DNA of 63,935 nucleotides, the filler included, from Pelomyxa schiedti (taxonomy: Eukaryota; Protista; Evosea): the NCBI GenBank assembly GCA_020536535.1. It is 7 parts of 7 records of this genome, joined end to end, with 100 filler letters (N's around TTAATTAATTAA, not from the genome) between each part and the next. Parts side by side here need not be neighbours in the genome. Positions count along the whole stretch, not along the records: positions 1 to 19,312 come from JAHLWZ010000546.1; positions 19,413 to 32,638 come from JAHLWZ010000094.1; 5 more parts are not named here. One strand, written 5' to 3'. A program made the position numbers and the translations under genes. Below the pieces are notes generated by a model. That model worked only from the letters and a program-made list of their open reading frames with translations, searched no databases and was not told the DNA's origin. Shown here one piece after another: positions 12,301 through 25,091 of this stretch (position 1 is the stretch's first letter; every line of letters starts with the position of its first letter).

Positions 12301-13736
12301 TGTCATCATTCCTTGCGGGTAATCAAGTGGACGTTTCTTGCAGTTCATTAAAAATTATCAAGGCATCAAGTGGGTGATACTTGAGGATACACCATTGTTA
12401 TTGTACGTTTATTGGGGGCATCTTCTGCATGAAGAGCCAAACTTTCCCATGCTCCTCTTTCTTCTAAAGTTAGAGGAGTGAAAGACTGGAGCCTTTTTCG
12501 CAATAAAACCTAGAAAATTTTTTTTATTCTATTTTAGTCAATTTTGTGTCAGTGCAACAGGGTTAAATAAATACTTACTGTAATATAAAGAGTTGTTGGA
12601 TTCATCAAAGTTGCACCAAAGAAAACAACATTTGATGCCGAAATTGGAACCATGAAACGGGTGAATGTTGGGGACAGATACCCAATAGTGCGAGGCGGAG
12701 GTCCTGATGCAACAACTATGGTTGCATTGGGATCATATGCCAGAGCCCTTATTTGAAGTAAACAATTATTAGACACAACATTAGGTATCTACGCTGCTGA
12801 AAAGTCTCGTTGCAGTGAGACAGGTTGATTTGAAATATTAAGCTGGGTTGTGGAGGAAGATAAAATAGGGCTGCAGAATCCTCCCAAAGAAAAACATTCT
12901 TCCATGCGCCCATCTTTGTTGGGGACACCACTGTACAAGCAGGAGAAAAAATACATTAGAAATCAGCAAAGAGAATGTCCCAAAGAACACCTTATCCGGA
13001 ACATGAAAGTAGGCATTTGCGAATTAGGATCTGTCCCTGGCCCTGCGAAACTGTTCAGAGATTGTTGAGGTAATTGATCTGCCATTCCAGGCTGCTGTGG
13101 GTACGTGGAGCCCACATCGCCCTTCACACCCGCGCCCTGTGGATATTGTTGCCCCGGCGGGCTCTGCTGTGTCATGGATTGCAGTCCCGACTTAGTGTGC
13201 AGTGCGTGCGCCGCCATCGCCTGTTGTGCTCCAATTGGGGAATTCATAAACGGCTTGGACAAAGTGGCCTGCATCACTGCAGTCATGTGGGCCGCTGGCG
13301 GCGGCGAATTGGGCCCCATCATGCTTCCCTGGTGATCCCCGCCAACGCCCAACGGCGACGACAAAGTCCGCATCTGCGAGGAGGCGCCATACGCTCCAGT
13401 TGACATCTGCATAGCCGCCGCCGACGGCCCCTGCTGTTGCTGCTGCTGCAGTTGCATCATAGTCATCGCGCTGCTCCCCATGGGCATTGACATGGAAAGC
13501 GATCGCGACAGCGGGCTCGACATAGACAGTGGCCCCCCAAACGCGACAGAGGCGAGCTTGGAGGGCGGCGCGAAGAGCGAAAACTCGGTCTCGGCGAACT
13601 TGGTGAGATCCATTGTGGAGAGTTCCTCCTCGTCCGCGCCTGACGCACCCCCACCGCGCCTCCGCGACGTTGAATCTCGCCCGGAATCAGACACGCTGCA
13701 CGACAGTATCAGGTCTTCTTCCCGACGCGCAAACAT
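9360..13736 (-). CDS. Rad5/HLTF-like SNF2 helicase with HIRAN-like, WW-like and RING domains
   Basis: [14 protein letters not shown]|[101 protein letters not shown]-terminus is low complexity; start approximate. Confidence 0.92.
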
Positions 13737-13885
13737 GTTCGCTTGTCGGCCTTGTATTTTCGCACGAGATTTGTTTGATTAGTAGTAAAAAAAAGTTTCT
13801 TTTCAGTTCTGCCATCCCAATGACACCAATGCCCTGCGAGGGTGACGGGAGAAGGTGATTATTCACCAGGTCTAATAGACAGAAT

Positions 13886-15791
13886 TTAGCTTGACGTTTG
13901 TTGTGCCTGTTTGCTCTCTTGGAATTCCTTGATGATTTCAGGTACAGCCTTTGTCACATCAGCTACTAGGCCATAATCTGCCACCTGTGAACTCACATAT
14001 AAGCCAACCGTTTCGGGGGAGGAAAAGCCGAACTTCGAAAGTTCACTTACTGAAAAAATTGGTGCCTGTGGGTCCTTGTTGATAGCCACAATGATTTTAG
14101 AATCCTTCATCCCGGCAGTGTGCTGAACAGCTCCACTCACTCCCAGTGCAAGGTACAAAACCGGTGCAACAACTTTTCCTGTTTGCCCCACTTGTTTGTC
14201 ATGCCCAACAAAACCTGATTCCACCGCGGCTCTGGTTCCTCCCACTGCAAGAGGCGGGAGAAAAAAATAGTTAGCAGAAGGGTTCTTGGGGTGGAACAAT
14301 GTGTACCGGAGCCTCCAACAAGTTCGGCGAGCTTGTATAGCATCTCAAAATTCTCCTTGCTGGATAATCCACGGCCACCAGTTNNNNNNNNNNNNNNNNN
14401 NNNNNNNNNNNNNNNNNNNNNNNNNNNNNNNNNNNNNNNNNNNNNNNNNNNNNNNNNNNNNNNNNNNNNNNNNNNNNNNNNNNAAAAATAGTTAGCAGAA
14501 GGGTTCTTGGGGTGGAACAATGTGTACCGGAGCCTCCAACAAGTTCGGCGAGCTTGTATAGCATCTCAAAATTCTCCTTGCTGGATAATCCACGGCCACC
14601 AGTTACAATGGTACGGGCGGCGGAAAGTGGTACATGCTCAGCCAAATTGGACGACGATGTGCTGTAAGTTGGTGCCGAGTCAATAAGTTCCTGACACAAC
14701 TTTTTTGAAGCGTCAAGCATGGTTATGCGTGCCCTTTTTGCTTCTGACATCGTTGCTGCAGAGAAGGCCGTTGTTCGAATTGTCATTAGATTTAACCTAA
14801 TTTATGACCAAACAAGCAAACAAACAACAGGCAAGCAAGAAGCTCATGAAAAGAGGTCTAGAGAAGGAAAAAAAGAGGATTGCATACATACACAGACTGA
14901 GTACAAACTGTAGCTATGCAGGCACCAGCAAAGAGGGGGCGATGAAACACGTTGGGTTTTTCAACACCAATTACGTCTGTCACTGCCCCAACATTCATCA
15001 GTGCTCCAATTCGAGGTATCAGATCTTTCCCAAACAAACTTAAGAGCTATGTCATATACCAGGAGCGATAAGAAAGATTTGTACTTGGAGCTCACAAGGA
15101 AATGAGTGTATTTCCTCTCCTGAATTGCTGATACAAGCATAGGTGAAATTACTTCAGGAATATTACAGTGCGTTGCCAAAGCAGGCTCCCCAGTAAGCTG
15201 TACAACACTGTCCACTCCCTTTGCCAGTTACCAGTACCCAAACCCAACAAAAAAAAAACAAAAATCCCAAATTCCAAGCCACCACATACAATTCCAAACC
15301 CATAAGTCTACAAGTTTTGCTGCACTCACATTTATAGTAGCCGCTGCCCTGGAGATTTCATCGGCATGAGGCGGGGGCGCGGCCACGACCGCTTCCACCG
15401 TCCCACAATCGCCTCCTCCCCTCCCCTCGGCGGTGGCACTACCACCTCTTCCCCTCGTGACCTCGCACGCCGTGTCCACAATCGCCCTCGCCGCCGTTAT
15501 GCAGCTCAACGTGGCACTCGTTATCAACGACGTACCTCCCTTGTTCCCGTTCCCATTGCCGTTCCCATTTCCGTTGCCGTTGCAGGTGTGGCCGTGGTTG
15601 CTGTTTTCGACGTGGTTGCCGTTTGTTGTTGTGATTGTTCCCGTTGTTGGCTTATTCACACTGTGGGTGTTGGTGCCGTTGATTATGGGTCTGCGTAGTG
15701 GACTGTCCACGAGTACGCCCACAGTGATTCTGCCCCCGGTAGGTTGTAACGTATGTTGATGTCTAAACGCGGAGGCGACACGTAGGGACAT
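13886..15791 (-). CDS. etfA: Electron transfer flavoprotein alpha subunit
   Basis: [78 protein letters not shown]. Contains gap 14384-14483 with duplicated flanks. Confidence 0.93.
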
Positions 15792-16255
15792 TATGCCACG
15801 CGTTTAAGCAGTTCTTCGATAGTTTGATCTGCTAAGTTGCTACTTAGAACAATAGAACCTCTAAGAGAGCAGTGGCAGACTTCTGAGGCATCCGAGATCT
15901 GCCCAATAGGGTACTCTTACGCGCCATTAGCATTTCCCTGCCCTCTCTAAGCGCACCCAAGTTGGTCATTGTTCAAAGGTTGATTGCTAACAATAGAAGG
16001 TAGAAGCAGGGTTGGGTGCATTAGGATTTATTGTTTGCAATTTTGATTCTGTGTTGTGTTTGGGGGATTGGTTGAGGGATGTAACTTTATGGTGGATTTC
16101 TTGGGAGAGACATGCAGAGTTTGTTGCGGGCAGTACTTTGGTAGGGGTGAATGTGGGGAGAGGCTTCATTACACTGTGGAATTGGGAGGGGGGTTGTTGA
16201 TCTTAATCGGGACTCTTGGCACCAAGAGAATTCTCATTTGGGCGGAATGAACTCA

Positions 16256-19059
16256 TCAGCTTGCTGGAAATCGGAAGTCGGGGTTGGGCAGGAATTCATC
16301 CCGGACAAATGTGAAAGATATGCAATGATTGCGAAGCCACTTCTACTTCGTGTTAGGGGATGGGAAGTATAGTGGGAGGGAGTGGTTTTGGTACTTTGAC
16401 TTTGGGTTTATCAGTTCCACTCTTATCAATGTGGTCCCAGTACCTATCGTTTGTTACTATGCAGGCATTGTTGTCCATGGCCCATTTGATTGTGTACGAG
16501 TCGTCGTAATCCTCAAAAAAAACCCCAGGTCAATCAAATGTGGGCAGTAATAACTAAAAATACCTGTGGAGGTGTCAAAACAACCAATTCCTGATTGACC
16601 AACTTCTGTAGTAACTCAGGGTCATCTATCTTCGGTTTTTCTTTTTTAGACGGAACCAAGCCACCGTTAGTATCTGCAGCGCTGGTTTTTGCCTTCAACA
16701 GATAGTGTTGGGGAATGAATGCCACAGTATCGTGGTTGCGTGCTTTCCAGTATTTGATTGCTATATTCAATCCCGCCACAGAGACGTGTGTTTGGTTACC
16801 GTGCTTCTTTTCCCAGGTTAGCTTCTTTCCCTAAAAAGCTTTGAGGCGTACCATTGCAACATTTGGTCCATCTAAAACGATTTTGCAATTCCTAGATTGA
16901 CCTCCAGTGTTAGTGACAAAACTATGGGGATGTGGCAATTCAATGATGCCCCCATGCGAGTGCAGTTGTGTAGGGGAGTTTGGAAGAGCCGCTGAGACCA
17001 TCTTCGTCTATATACAGTTAGTGCTTTAAATGATACGCTATAGCGAGATACTGCCATTGGGGCTGGAGAGACAGCAGTTGGGGAAGGCCCCAGAGCTGTG
17101 GTGTTTGCTACTGGGTAAGCTGTTTGCATTGATGAACTGTAAATCATATTCACACCATACGAAGGTTGCATAGAGTACATAGATTGTGGTAAGACCATAG
17201 GTGGAGCGGTCATTGAAGATGGGGTCGGTTGTTGGGGAGGTGATGTGACAACACCTTGTGGGCTAACAAATTTGGTGTTTTTACTGATTACGATTTTGAG
17301 AGGGCGTTTGGGTGAAGTAGCTTCAGGTGTCTTGGACCTTTTTATGCACTCAGATCTCAAGAAAACGCTAAACGTATTACCAATGAGAGTTGGACATATT
17401 AATAGCACCAATGTTTCCAGGGTGTATATCTTTCCAAACTGGAGTAGCTCCCTCTGGCGAGACAAACACACGGCACCTATTCCAATAGTCAATCTAAGAT
17501 ATCTGTGAGAATGAAGGGGGAAACAGTACCCCATAACATCATGCCGAAAATGAGAGTCAACAGTACAGGGAGTTGGCTCCATCCCTACTATGCTACCATA
17601 GGTGAACCCACCCGCAGAGCGTGGAACAACCACCAACTGGCCAACACAAAACTGAGAGGCTGGGTTAAACACAACAGCTGCCAGATCACCCGGATTTACG
17701 TGGAGCCCAATGCGACGGCGACGATCCCTTCTTTGGGGAACACAAATGAGAAGGCTTCTATGCAAAGGGTTACATACTGTTTCTTCATATGAACACTGGG
17801 TAGTAACAACGCGGGGAGTTTTCCTATATATGCAGCAGGCATTTCTTTGTAAAAATTTGTGTGATCTTCATTGGGGTATGACACACGCCACCTTTAGTAA
17901 ATAATTATGTGCACTTCACAGAGATTAAGGAAGACCTTATCCAAGGATGAGCACAAGTTGTATCAAGGTAACACTTATCCATTTCACTGAATTTGACAAC
18001 TACACCATAGGTGAATCCACCCTTTGACCTTGGTATGATCACCGTCTCTCCAACTTCAAATGTTGCTAGGGGTGAAAAAATAACTGCATCGAGATCGCTC
18101 TGCAGTATATAAAAAATTGGAAAATCACAAGGACTCCTATACTGGATGAGGCTTCTCTCCTGGAACTCGTTGTAAATGTTCAGTTGTATTTGTTGGAGAA
18201 AACTCGTCATCATGGGTTGATTCTGTTGCCTACAGGAAATACTGAGATTGCAGGAAAGGAAAAAGACGAGCGTACTCGCAGTGTTCCTGGTTTACTGTCA
18301 TCATCCGAGTCTGTACTATCACTTGCTTTTTGCAGTTGCACACCACTATTCAAGTTCTTTGTTGTGGAGCTCTGGTTGGTATTCACAGCAGATGCATTTG
18401 AAGCACTTTGGGGGTTGGTAGTGTTGGTGTGCACTGGCTTCTCATTCTTTGCATCGTTGTGCACAAGTGGGGGAGCTCCATCAACTTGGTTATATACAGG
18501 CACAGAAATAGATTCAGGGTGATTTAGAGCAGGAGAAGCATCCCCAAACGTTGGTTTAAGCTTATTTGTCACATCATCTTTAAATATACTGTAAGTACTA
18601 TCCAGAATGAAGTAAATCTCGAACCTGATCCTGTTGCCATGCTTTTTATAAGAGAGGTAACCTCGTCGAGGTGTTTGGCCAACAAGCACTTGGTGGAAAT
18701 TGGGAAGTCCAACTGCAGAGCTGCCTCGAAAAGAAGTTTCCCAGCAGAGAGCACGGCCGGGTGCTACAGGCAGCAATAAGAACGGAAGCAGAGGAAAGAG
18801 GCACAGCAATGACACAATTAGCACACGCACCAAGTCGCTGGATGCAACCAAACCAGCAGCCGTTTCTAGCATGTCGGAGAGGTCCCCAGAAGTCATTGTT
18901 CCGTCACCCAAGCTGTTCCTTATTTCTAGGATTGCCCTCGTTGAGAAGGAATTATGGGGGAATAAAAAAAAAACACAACGACTGCGAACCTTCCAAGGCA
19001 CCCAACAAGGTCCTGTCGCTGTCGCTCATCACATCCACCGCGCCCCCGCCATCGCCCAT
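16256..19059 (-). CDS. NYN/PIN ribonuclease (Zc3h12a/N4BP1-like) with two tandem SH3/Tudor-like repeats; start uncertain
   Basis: C-terminal DGPNVAM..H, GLNIAIKYW, VAFIPQ, LTPPQ|DYDDSYTIKWA, CIVTNDRYWDH, ISFTFVRDEFLPNPD match the Regnase-type PIN fold. Confidence 0.8.
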
Positions 19060-19312
19060 CCCACAACTCGTAATCAGTTGCCTGGGCCCGTCATTTACAA
19101 AAAACCCCGTGACCGCTGCGTCACTGGCTGGCAGTGTCGAGGTGCTCGACCCGTCCGGCGACCCGTTCTTCCTCATCAATTTGTGTGAATCTTGAGTTTT
19201 TGTTTGCTCTTGTTTGGTCCTCTTCCCAAACAGGAAAAAGGGAGTACAGTTCCGTTGGGTTCCAGTACTGGAACACTGCATTCTGGCTGTGGTGACAAAT
19301 CAATAGTATAGC

Positions 19313-19412
19313 NNNNNNNNNNNNNNNNNNNNNNNNNNNNNNNNNNNNNNNNNNNNTTAATTAATTAANNNNNNNNNNNNNNNNNNNNNNNNNNNNNNNN
19401 NNNNNNNNNNNN
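19313..19412. other. Artificial contig linker (N44-TTAATTAATTAA-N44); same linker at 32639-32738, 39110-39209, 41961-42060, 58304-58403, 62804-62903
   Basis: Identical six-frame-stop spacer inside N runs, so genes on either side are not biologically adjacent. Confidence 0.97.
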
Positions 19413-20392
19413 GATTGTGGGAGGAAACAAGGAGATGCAAGGGCAAGGAACTGATGGTGTGCACGCAAGGGCGGTGCGTCGACGAGGGTCAGAGCACAGG
19501 AGATCATTTTCCAGTCTGTTGATTTTTTCCCCACCAACTCATGTGTGGTTGTCGTCTAACTACCCACCACACAAAACGGTCGTAACCCCAAGTTCCGTTA
19601 GGTTTAACACTCATTTTCTGGTCCAGCCATCCTTGAACATCATTTTTTCTTTGGACATCGATGAGAAACGCTGAAAAACGGTCTAAACCTCGGTCTAAGC
19701 TAAAAATCGAGGCAGTGCGGGTGTGACACCTCCGCAAGGAAGTGCGGTAGGAGGGTTTGGAAAGATCACTTGTGTTTACAACTGGTGGTTGGTGTAGTTG
19801 CCAGTTTTGGTTTAGAAACGAACGAGAATTTAAATTAACAGATTGACGTTACTGGAAATCAGAGGCTCCATCATTCAGGCAGGACACTCCCACCATTGTT
19901 GTTGAGCACGTGGGAACGGAAAGAACATAGTGTGTACATCACAGAATGGCGCTTTTTGTTTCTGGGAGAGTGTGTGTTAGCCAAGTTACAAATACAAAAT
20001 GAAGGACTTGATCATTGCTTTGTCCTGTGGCCAAAAATCGCACATTCAAAAAAAATATGCCTGCCACGACATTGTATGCACTGACAAAACGTTACCCTTA
20101 GTGCCATGTCGGTTGTTGTCGTTCACATTTGGCAGTACAGTAAATGGGAAAACCATTGGTTGACATAGAATTGAAAACACGTTGTGAAAGATCTTCCCCA
20201 AAATCAAATTGTGGATTTGGTGTTGGGAGGCAAGACACACAGGTTTACCACCTCACTGTCCATTTTTTTATTGAGAAGGTGGGAAGATAAAGACTGGAAT
20301 GTGTGTGAAGTAATAGCAAGTGGTGGCTCAAGTCATGGTTAGGAGGAATTACCAACCTCAGGGAAATTTGATGACACATCACCAACGATCAA

Positions 20393-20565
20393 TTTTTTTT
20401 TTTAATTGGTTCACTGGTGAGTTACAATAATCAAGGATAATGCCTGGATCCATCATCCCCTAGGGTGCAGTGTTGGTGGTGACTCTGGAGGTGTGCTGCA
20501 GTGTTGTTGATGATGCTGGTGTAGAGTTTGTCCCACCAGAAGGCCTTTGGAGTTCTTCAGGCCAC
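20393..20565 (-). mobile_element. Short 5'-truncated 3' end of the CRE-like non-LTR element, with poly(A)
   Basis: Matches 30816-31000 (taattggttcactggtgagttacaataatc...ccaccagaaggcctttgg). Confidence 0.85.
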
Positions 20566-20677
20566 CACTGGCACACAACACACCTAGAATGCTTTATTTT
20601 CTATTTGTTGGTTTGTTTTGTATTATGTTGTTAAAATTGGTGCGTTTCATCCCCCTCAGCTGTTGTGCTGCTTCTGA

Positions 20678-22093
20678 TCAGTCGAGGTAATCACCAGAAA
20701 TGTGGATGCTGGAGTGAGTAGGAACATTAACCGAGAGGATGAGTGCTCCTGTTGATGCATGAGTCACGTTGATCACATTGCCACCTTGTGTCCTGTGGAA
20801 CAACAGACCACACTCAGCAGTGACAACATCAGGGCTGCAAATCGACACCCTCCTCAGTGGCCGCTGCCTGTCCACTCTCGCTTCCCACATTTGGTACTCT
20901 GATGAAAGTGACACACAAAACACGGTGTCATTCAACTGTGAAACTGCTTGAAAGGGACTCTCCAATCGCCGCTGAGAGCCAGTGCCTTCTTCAACAACGA
21001 ACAACTCCTGTGGATCGTAACAAGTCCGCTGTGTAACAACAACAAAGGTCCTCGACCCTGTTGTTTGGTTGTGGAACATCATGCCTGATTGGATGTAGGT
21101 GTGACCACCACCATAAATCATCCAGATTGTAGTGCCCAGTGTTTTAGTTGACCCAGAGAGAAAAGTCCTCTCAACATCTATCACAGTGATTCTGAGGAGT
21201 TCATTGCCGAATGCCTGGTTGTTTGTAGTCACCATTGCAGCCTCGTCAGGGTTGTTGTGGCTGAAGAAGAACCCAAGTAAAGATGGCTCCTTCAATGTAA
21301 TGCACACATTATGAGCAGAAGCAGAGGCAGAGGCAGAGGTAGACTGACACATCAACAGGCGAGATACCCTGGCAATAGAAACCTTTGAGCTGACCTGGAC
21401 CAGCATGCTACAGCACACCCACCACTTGCTGTTCACATTCCCCAAGGACAGCACGGACCCATTATCACTCAGCACCCACTCTCCCCCACCGTTGCTTTTG
21501 TGCAATCCGTGGCCATTAGGAGGTTGTGGCTGCCTCAGTGTGTATTCGGACACGATACAGCCGTTCTTGTCAACCTGAGCTTTCTCAAGAACGTGGAAAG
21601 CGTTCCCAACAGAAACGCATTGTGGGTCGCCGTAGTACCGCTTGATCTCAGGGACCTGAGCTGGGCTCCACGCCGGGCTGATGCCCACAGGCCCGACAAC
21701 ACCGACGAGCGACCTCGACACGCCAAACGTGAGGAGTTGCCTCGTGTCTTTGTCACTGTCACTGCAACCTGAGACTACAACGCCAATCGACGTGGTTGTT
21801 GGCCAACGTGCGTGTAGCGGCGCAATCAGCGGTCGCGACGTCAGCGACACTGAGCGCACTGGTGGGACAAAGGACAGGATGGACTCCCATAATTGGCGGA
21901 GCACGGCGGGCTGGGACGCGAGGGTGCGCGCGGGGCTGGACGCGCCGCACCGCACGTGCGATGATGTGGCCAGGGCGAGCAGCTGGTCGCGTGTGCAAAC
22001 GTGAATGTGGCACGAGATTATGGGTGGTACGGAGTCGCTGCTAGTATTCCTTGGCAGTGTGGAGGTCGTTGCGTTGACATTTTGTTGGGACAT
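20678..22093 (-). CDS. Lineage-expanded hypothetical protein ('RDQLLA..HVRCG' family), intronless, copy 1
   Basis: 471-aa ORF with N-terminal RDQLLALATSSHVRCGASS motif and beta-rich C-terminal region. Confidence 0.75.
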   Translation of the reverse strand: MSQQNVNATTSTLPRNTSSDSVPPIISCHIHVCTRDQLLALATSSHVRCGASSPARTLASQPAVLRQLWESILSFVPPVRSVSLTSRPLIAPLHARWPTTTSIGVVVSGCSDSDKDTRQLLTFGVSRSLVGVVGPVGISPAWSPAQVPEIKRYYGDPQCVSVGNAFHVLEKAQVDKNGCIVSEYTLRQPQPPNGHGLHKSNGGGEWVLSDNGSVLSLGNVNSKWWVCCSMLVQVSSKVSIARVSRLLMCQSTSASASASAHNVCITLKEPSLLGFFFSHNNPDEAAMVTTNNQAFGNELLRITVIDVERTFLSGSTKTLGTTIWMIYGGGHTYIQSGMMFHNQTTGSRTFVVVTQRTCYDPQELFVVEEGTGSQRRLESPFQAVSQLNDTVFCVSLSSEYQMWEARVDRQRPLRRVSICSPDVVTAECGLLFHRTQGGNVINVTHASTGALILSVNVPTHSSIHISGDYLD

Positions 22094-22174
22094 CCCCGAT
22101 GAATTGATGCGAATTAATTAATTTTAGCTGAAATCAAAACTCTTATTACCAGAAATGTGTGGGACGAGGAACAG

Positions 22175-23692
22175 CTACCAGAACCATTGGGCCCTGTTGT
22201 TCACTTCCTCATCAGCCTGAGTGATTCCCAGTGATTTCTTTGAAGCCTGGATGTGAAGTGGGGTGGCAGTGACCACCTCCCCGAGGTGTTCCATGGCAAA
22301 CGAGGCTGTCATCTCAGGGAACACTCTCATAAGCATTTTCCAGGTATCGATGCTGGTCCTTGTGTTGAACTCCCTGCCGTCATAAATCCTTCCAAACTGT
22401 TGTTGTGAGGTTAGTCATTTTGTCATGCAGTGTTGTCTGGTTTTTCCCAAACCTGGGTCAAGGTCACATGGAATTTGCGGATAAACCACTCCAGGCAGCT
22501 TCTTTTGTTGCTTGCCATCAGCTGAATGAGCAGGTTGTCGATAGTAACATGCTCTGATTCGTCCAAATGAAACTGCTGAACAAACCACTTCACAACTTTT
22601 CCTGACTGGGGTGATTCACAAGCTGAGAAAGTATCTGCAATGTGCTCCAAGGAGAACTTGCCACGGGACAGAACTTCCTTGGCCTGTGAAACACTAATGT
22701 TGGAAATCCAGTAACAGTGGCCAATCGGAGGAACATCAAATGTATCCAGCAAGATAATTGCAGAGGAAATGCATCCCCTCTGCAGAAGATCCTCAACCCC
22801 TTTGATCACGACTCCTTCCCAGATGTTGGATAGCACACAGTGTGACAGGAACCACTGAATTCCAGTAGTACCGTCGACCCATTTGCGGGAGAAGAGTTTC
22901 AGCAACACTTCATTGGTCACAGTTGGACTGGCATTCACTTTATCCATGAGGTGGAAAGATTTCTCCAGCCAGTCTGCAACTGATGTGTTGTTGCGTGAAA
23001 GAGATGAGGCAAGGCACTCATTGAGTTGTTTCCGGGTGAGGCGCGGTTCCGTTTTAGGCAACAGGAACTTCACAAAAGACACACTCTTGTTTGCACATGC
23101 ATCGATGAAGGTGACAGGTGTGACAGCCCCAACACTTTCACTGAAGTCAGCCATCAACCACTCAATGAGATCTTCATCTCCTAGCACACAGGCGGTATGT
23201 AGATCCCCTGGTTTTGGTTGAACCCAGAAGCTTTTCATGAACCACTTTATGGCCTTGGCATTCTCCAAGTAGTAGTCCTTGGGTGGTGTTTTCAGGGCAA
23301 ATCTTTTCTTGATCCAATCACACACTTCTTCCAAATCAGCTTCATTTGATGGTGATGAAGACATGGAGTTTTGTTCAACAAAACTCTTCAGTACTGTGAA
23401 ACCAGCCACTTCAGGTGGGCACTCATCACCACCACAGAACAAGTCTGTGCAGAACTGCATAACTTCCAAGCTGGGGCTGCCAATGAAGTTCCCCAGATTA
23501 CAAAGAGGAGCTTTATCATTAACCATTGCACTGCACGCACCAACAACATCAGTCGAAGACGCCATCCACTCCACCACATCTAAGTGGCCCTCCCTCAGTG
23601 CCACACGGAACGGCATTGGAAGCTCCCATGACTCAATCCCAGAACCGTGGAACTTTGAAATCACCCACTTCACCACATCCAAGTTGCCACCT
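22175..23692 (-). CDS. Ankyrin-like repeat protein, copy 1 (5' part lost in gap)
   Basis: GGNLDVVKWVI, ALREGHLDVVEWM, ACVLGDEDLIEWL repeats; homologous to 26709-28973. Confidence 0.7.
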
Positions 23693-24710
23693 NNNNNNNN
23701 NNNNNNNNNNNNNNNNNNNNNNNNNNNNNNNNNNNNNNNNNNNNNNNNNNNNNNNNNNNNNNNNNNNNNNNNNNNNNNNNNNNNNNNNNNNNGATTGTGG
23801 GAGGAAACAAGGAGATGCAAGGGCAAGGAACTGATGGTGTGCACGCAAGGGCGGTGCGTCGACGAGGGTCAGAGCACAGGAGATCATTTTCCAGTCTGTT
23901 GATTTTTTCCCCAACTACTCATGTGTGGTTGTCGTCTAACTACCCACCACACAAAACGGTCGTAACCCCAACTTGGCAAGTTCCATTAGGTTTAACACTC
24001 ATTTTCTGGTCCAGCCATCCTTGAACATCATTTTTTCTTTGGAAATCGATGAGAAACGATGAAAAACGGTCTAAACCTCGTCTAAGCTAAAAATCGAGGC
24101 AGTGCGGGTGTGCGGTAGGAGGGTTTGGAAAGATGACTTGTGTTTACAACTGGCACGAACGAGAATTTAAATTAACAGATTGACGTTACTGGAAATCAGA
24201 GGTCCATCATTCAGGCAGGACACTCCCGGTATTGTTGTTGAGCACGTGGGAACGGAAAGAACATAGTGTGTACATCACAGAATGGCGCTTTTTGTTTCTG
24301 GGAGAGTGTGTGTTAGCCAAGTTACTAAGACAAAATGAAGAAGTGATTGATCATCGCTTTGTCCTGTGGCCAAAAATCGCATTTTTTGAAAAAATATGCC
24401 TGCCACGACATTGTATGCACTGACAAAACTAAGGTTACCCTTAGTGCCATGCCGGTTGTTGTCGTTCACATTTGGTGGTACAGTAAATGGGAAACGTTGT
24501 GAAAGATCTTCCTCACAATCAAATTGTGGATGCAAGACACACAGGTTTACCACCTCACTGTCCATTTTTTTATTGAGAAGGTGGGAAGATAAAGACTGGA
24601 ATGTGTGTGAAGTAATAGCAAGTGGTGGCTCAAGTCATGGTTAGGAGGAATTACCGACTTGGAAATGCACCAACTTCAGGGAAATTTGATGACACATCAC
24701 CAACGATCAA

Positions 24711-24985
24711 TTTTTTTTTTAATTAGTTCAAGGATAATGCCTGGATCCATCATCCCCGAGGGTGCAGTGTTGGTGGTGACTCTGGAGGTGTGCCGCAGTG
24801 TTGTTGATGATGCTGGTGTAGAGTTTGTCCCACCAGAAGGCCTTTGGAGTTCTACAGGCCACCACTGGCACAATGCTGTTTTCATTCAAGGCTCTGTCTT
24901 TTCCCGCTTTCAATTGTCCCCATCCATGAGGGTTTGTATTGAGAAAAAATGATTGTGGGTCTTTTTTTTCCAGCATCGTAAACAA
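24711..24985 (-). mobile_element. Truncated, internally deleted 3' fragment of the CRE-like element
   Basis: Encodes ACRTPKAFWWDKLYTSIINNTAAHL as in 30893-31597, followed by poly(A). Confidence 0.8.
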
Positions 24986-25091
24986 CACACCTAGAATGAT
25001 GGAGGCTTTATTTTCTATTTGTTGGTTTGTTTTGTATTATGTTGTTAAAATTGGTGCGTTTCATCCCCCTCAGCTGTTGTGCTGCTTCTGA

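Noticed and set aside
15870-15910. Hairpin ggcagac..atctgcc between etfA and the NYN gene as a possible ncRNA or SECIS
   Set aside because: Short imperfect stem with no diagnostic motifs and no in-frame Sec candidate.
20-19059. All contig-1 genes on one strand as an operon or functional cluster
   Set aside because: Functions are unrelated, the genes are spliced, and nothing in the sequence shows co-transcription.
19313-19412. TTAATTAATTAA recurring between N runs as a biological repeat
   Set aside because: Artificial concatenation linker; cross-linker gene neighbourhoods are meaningless.
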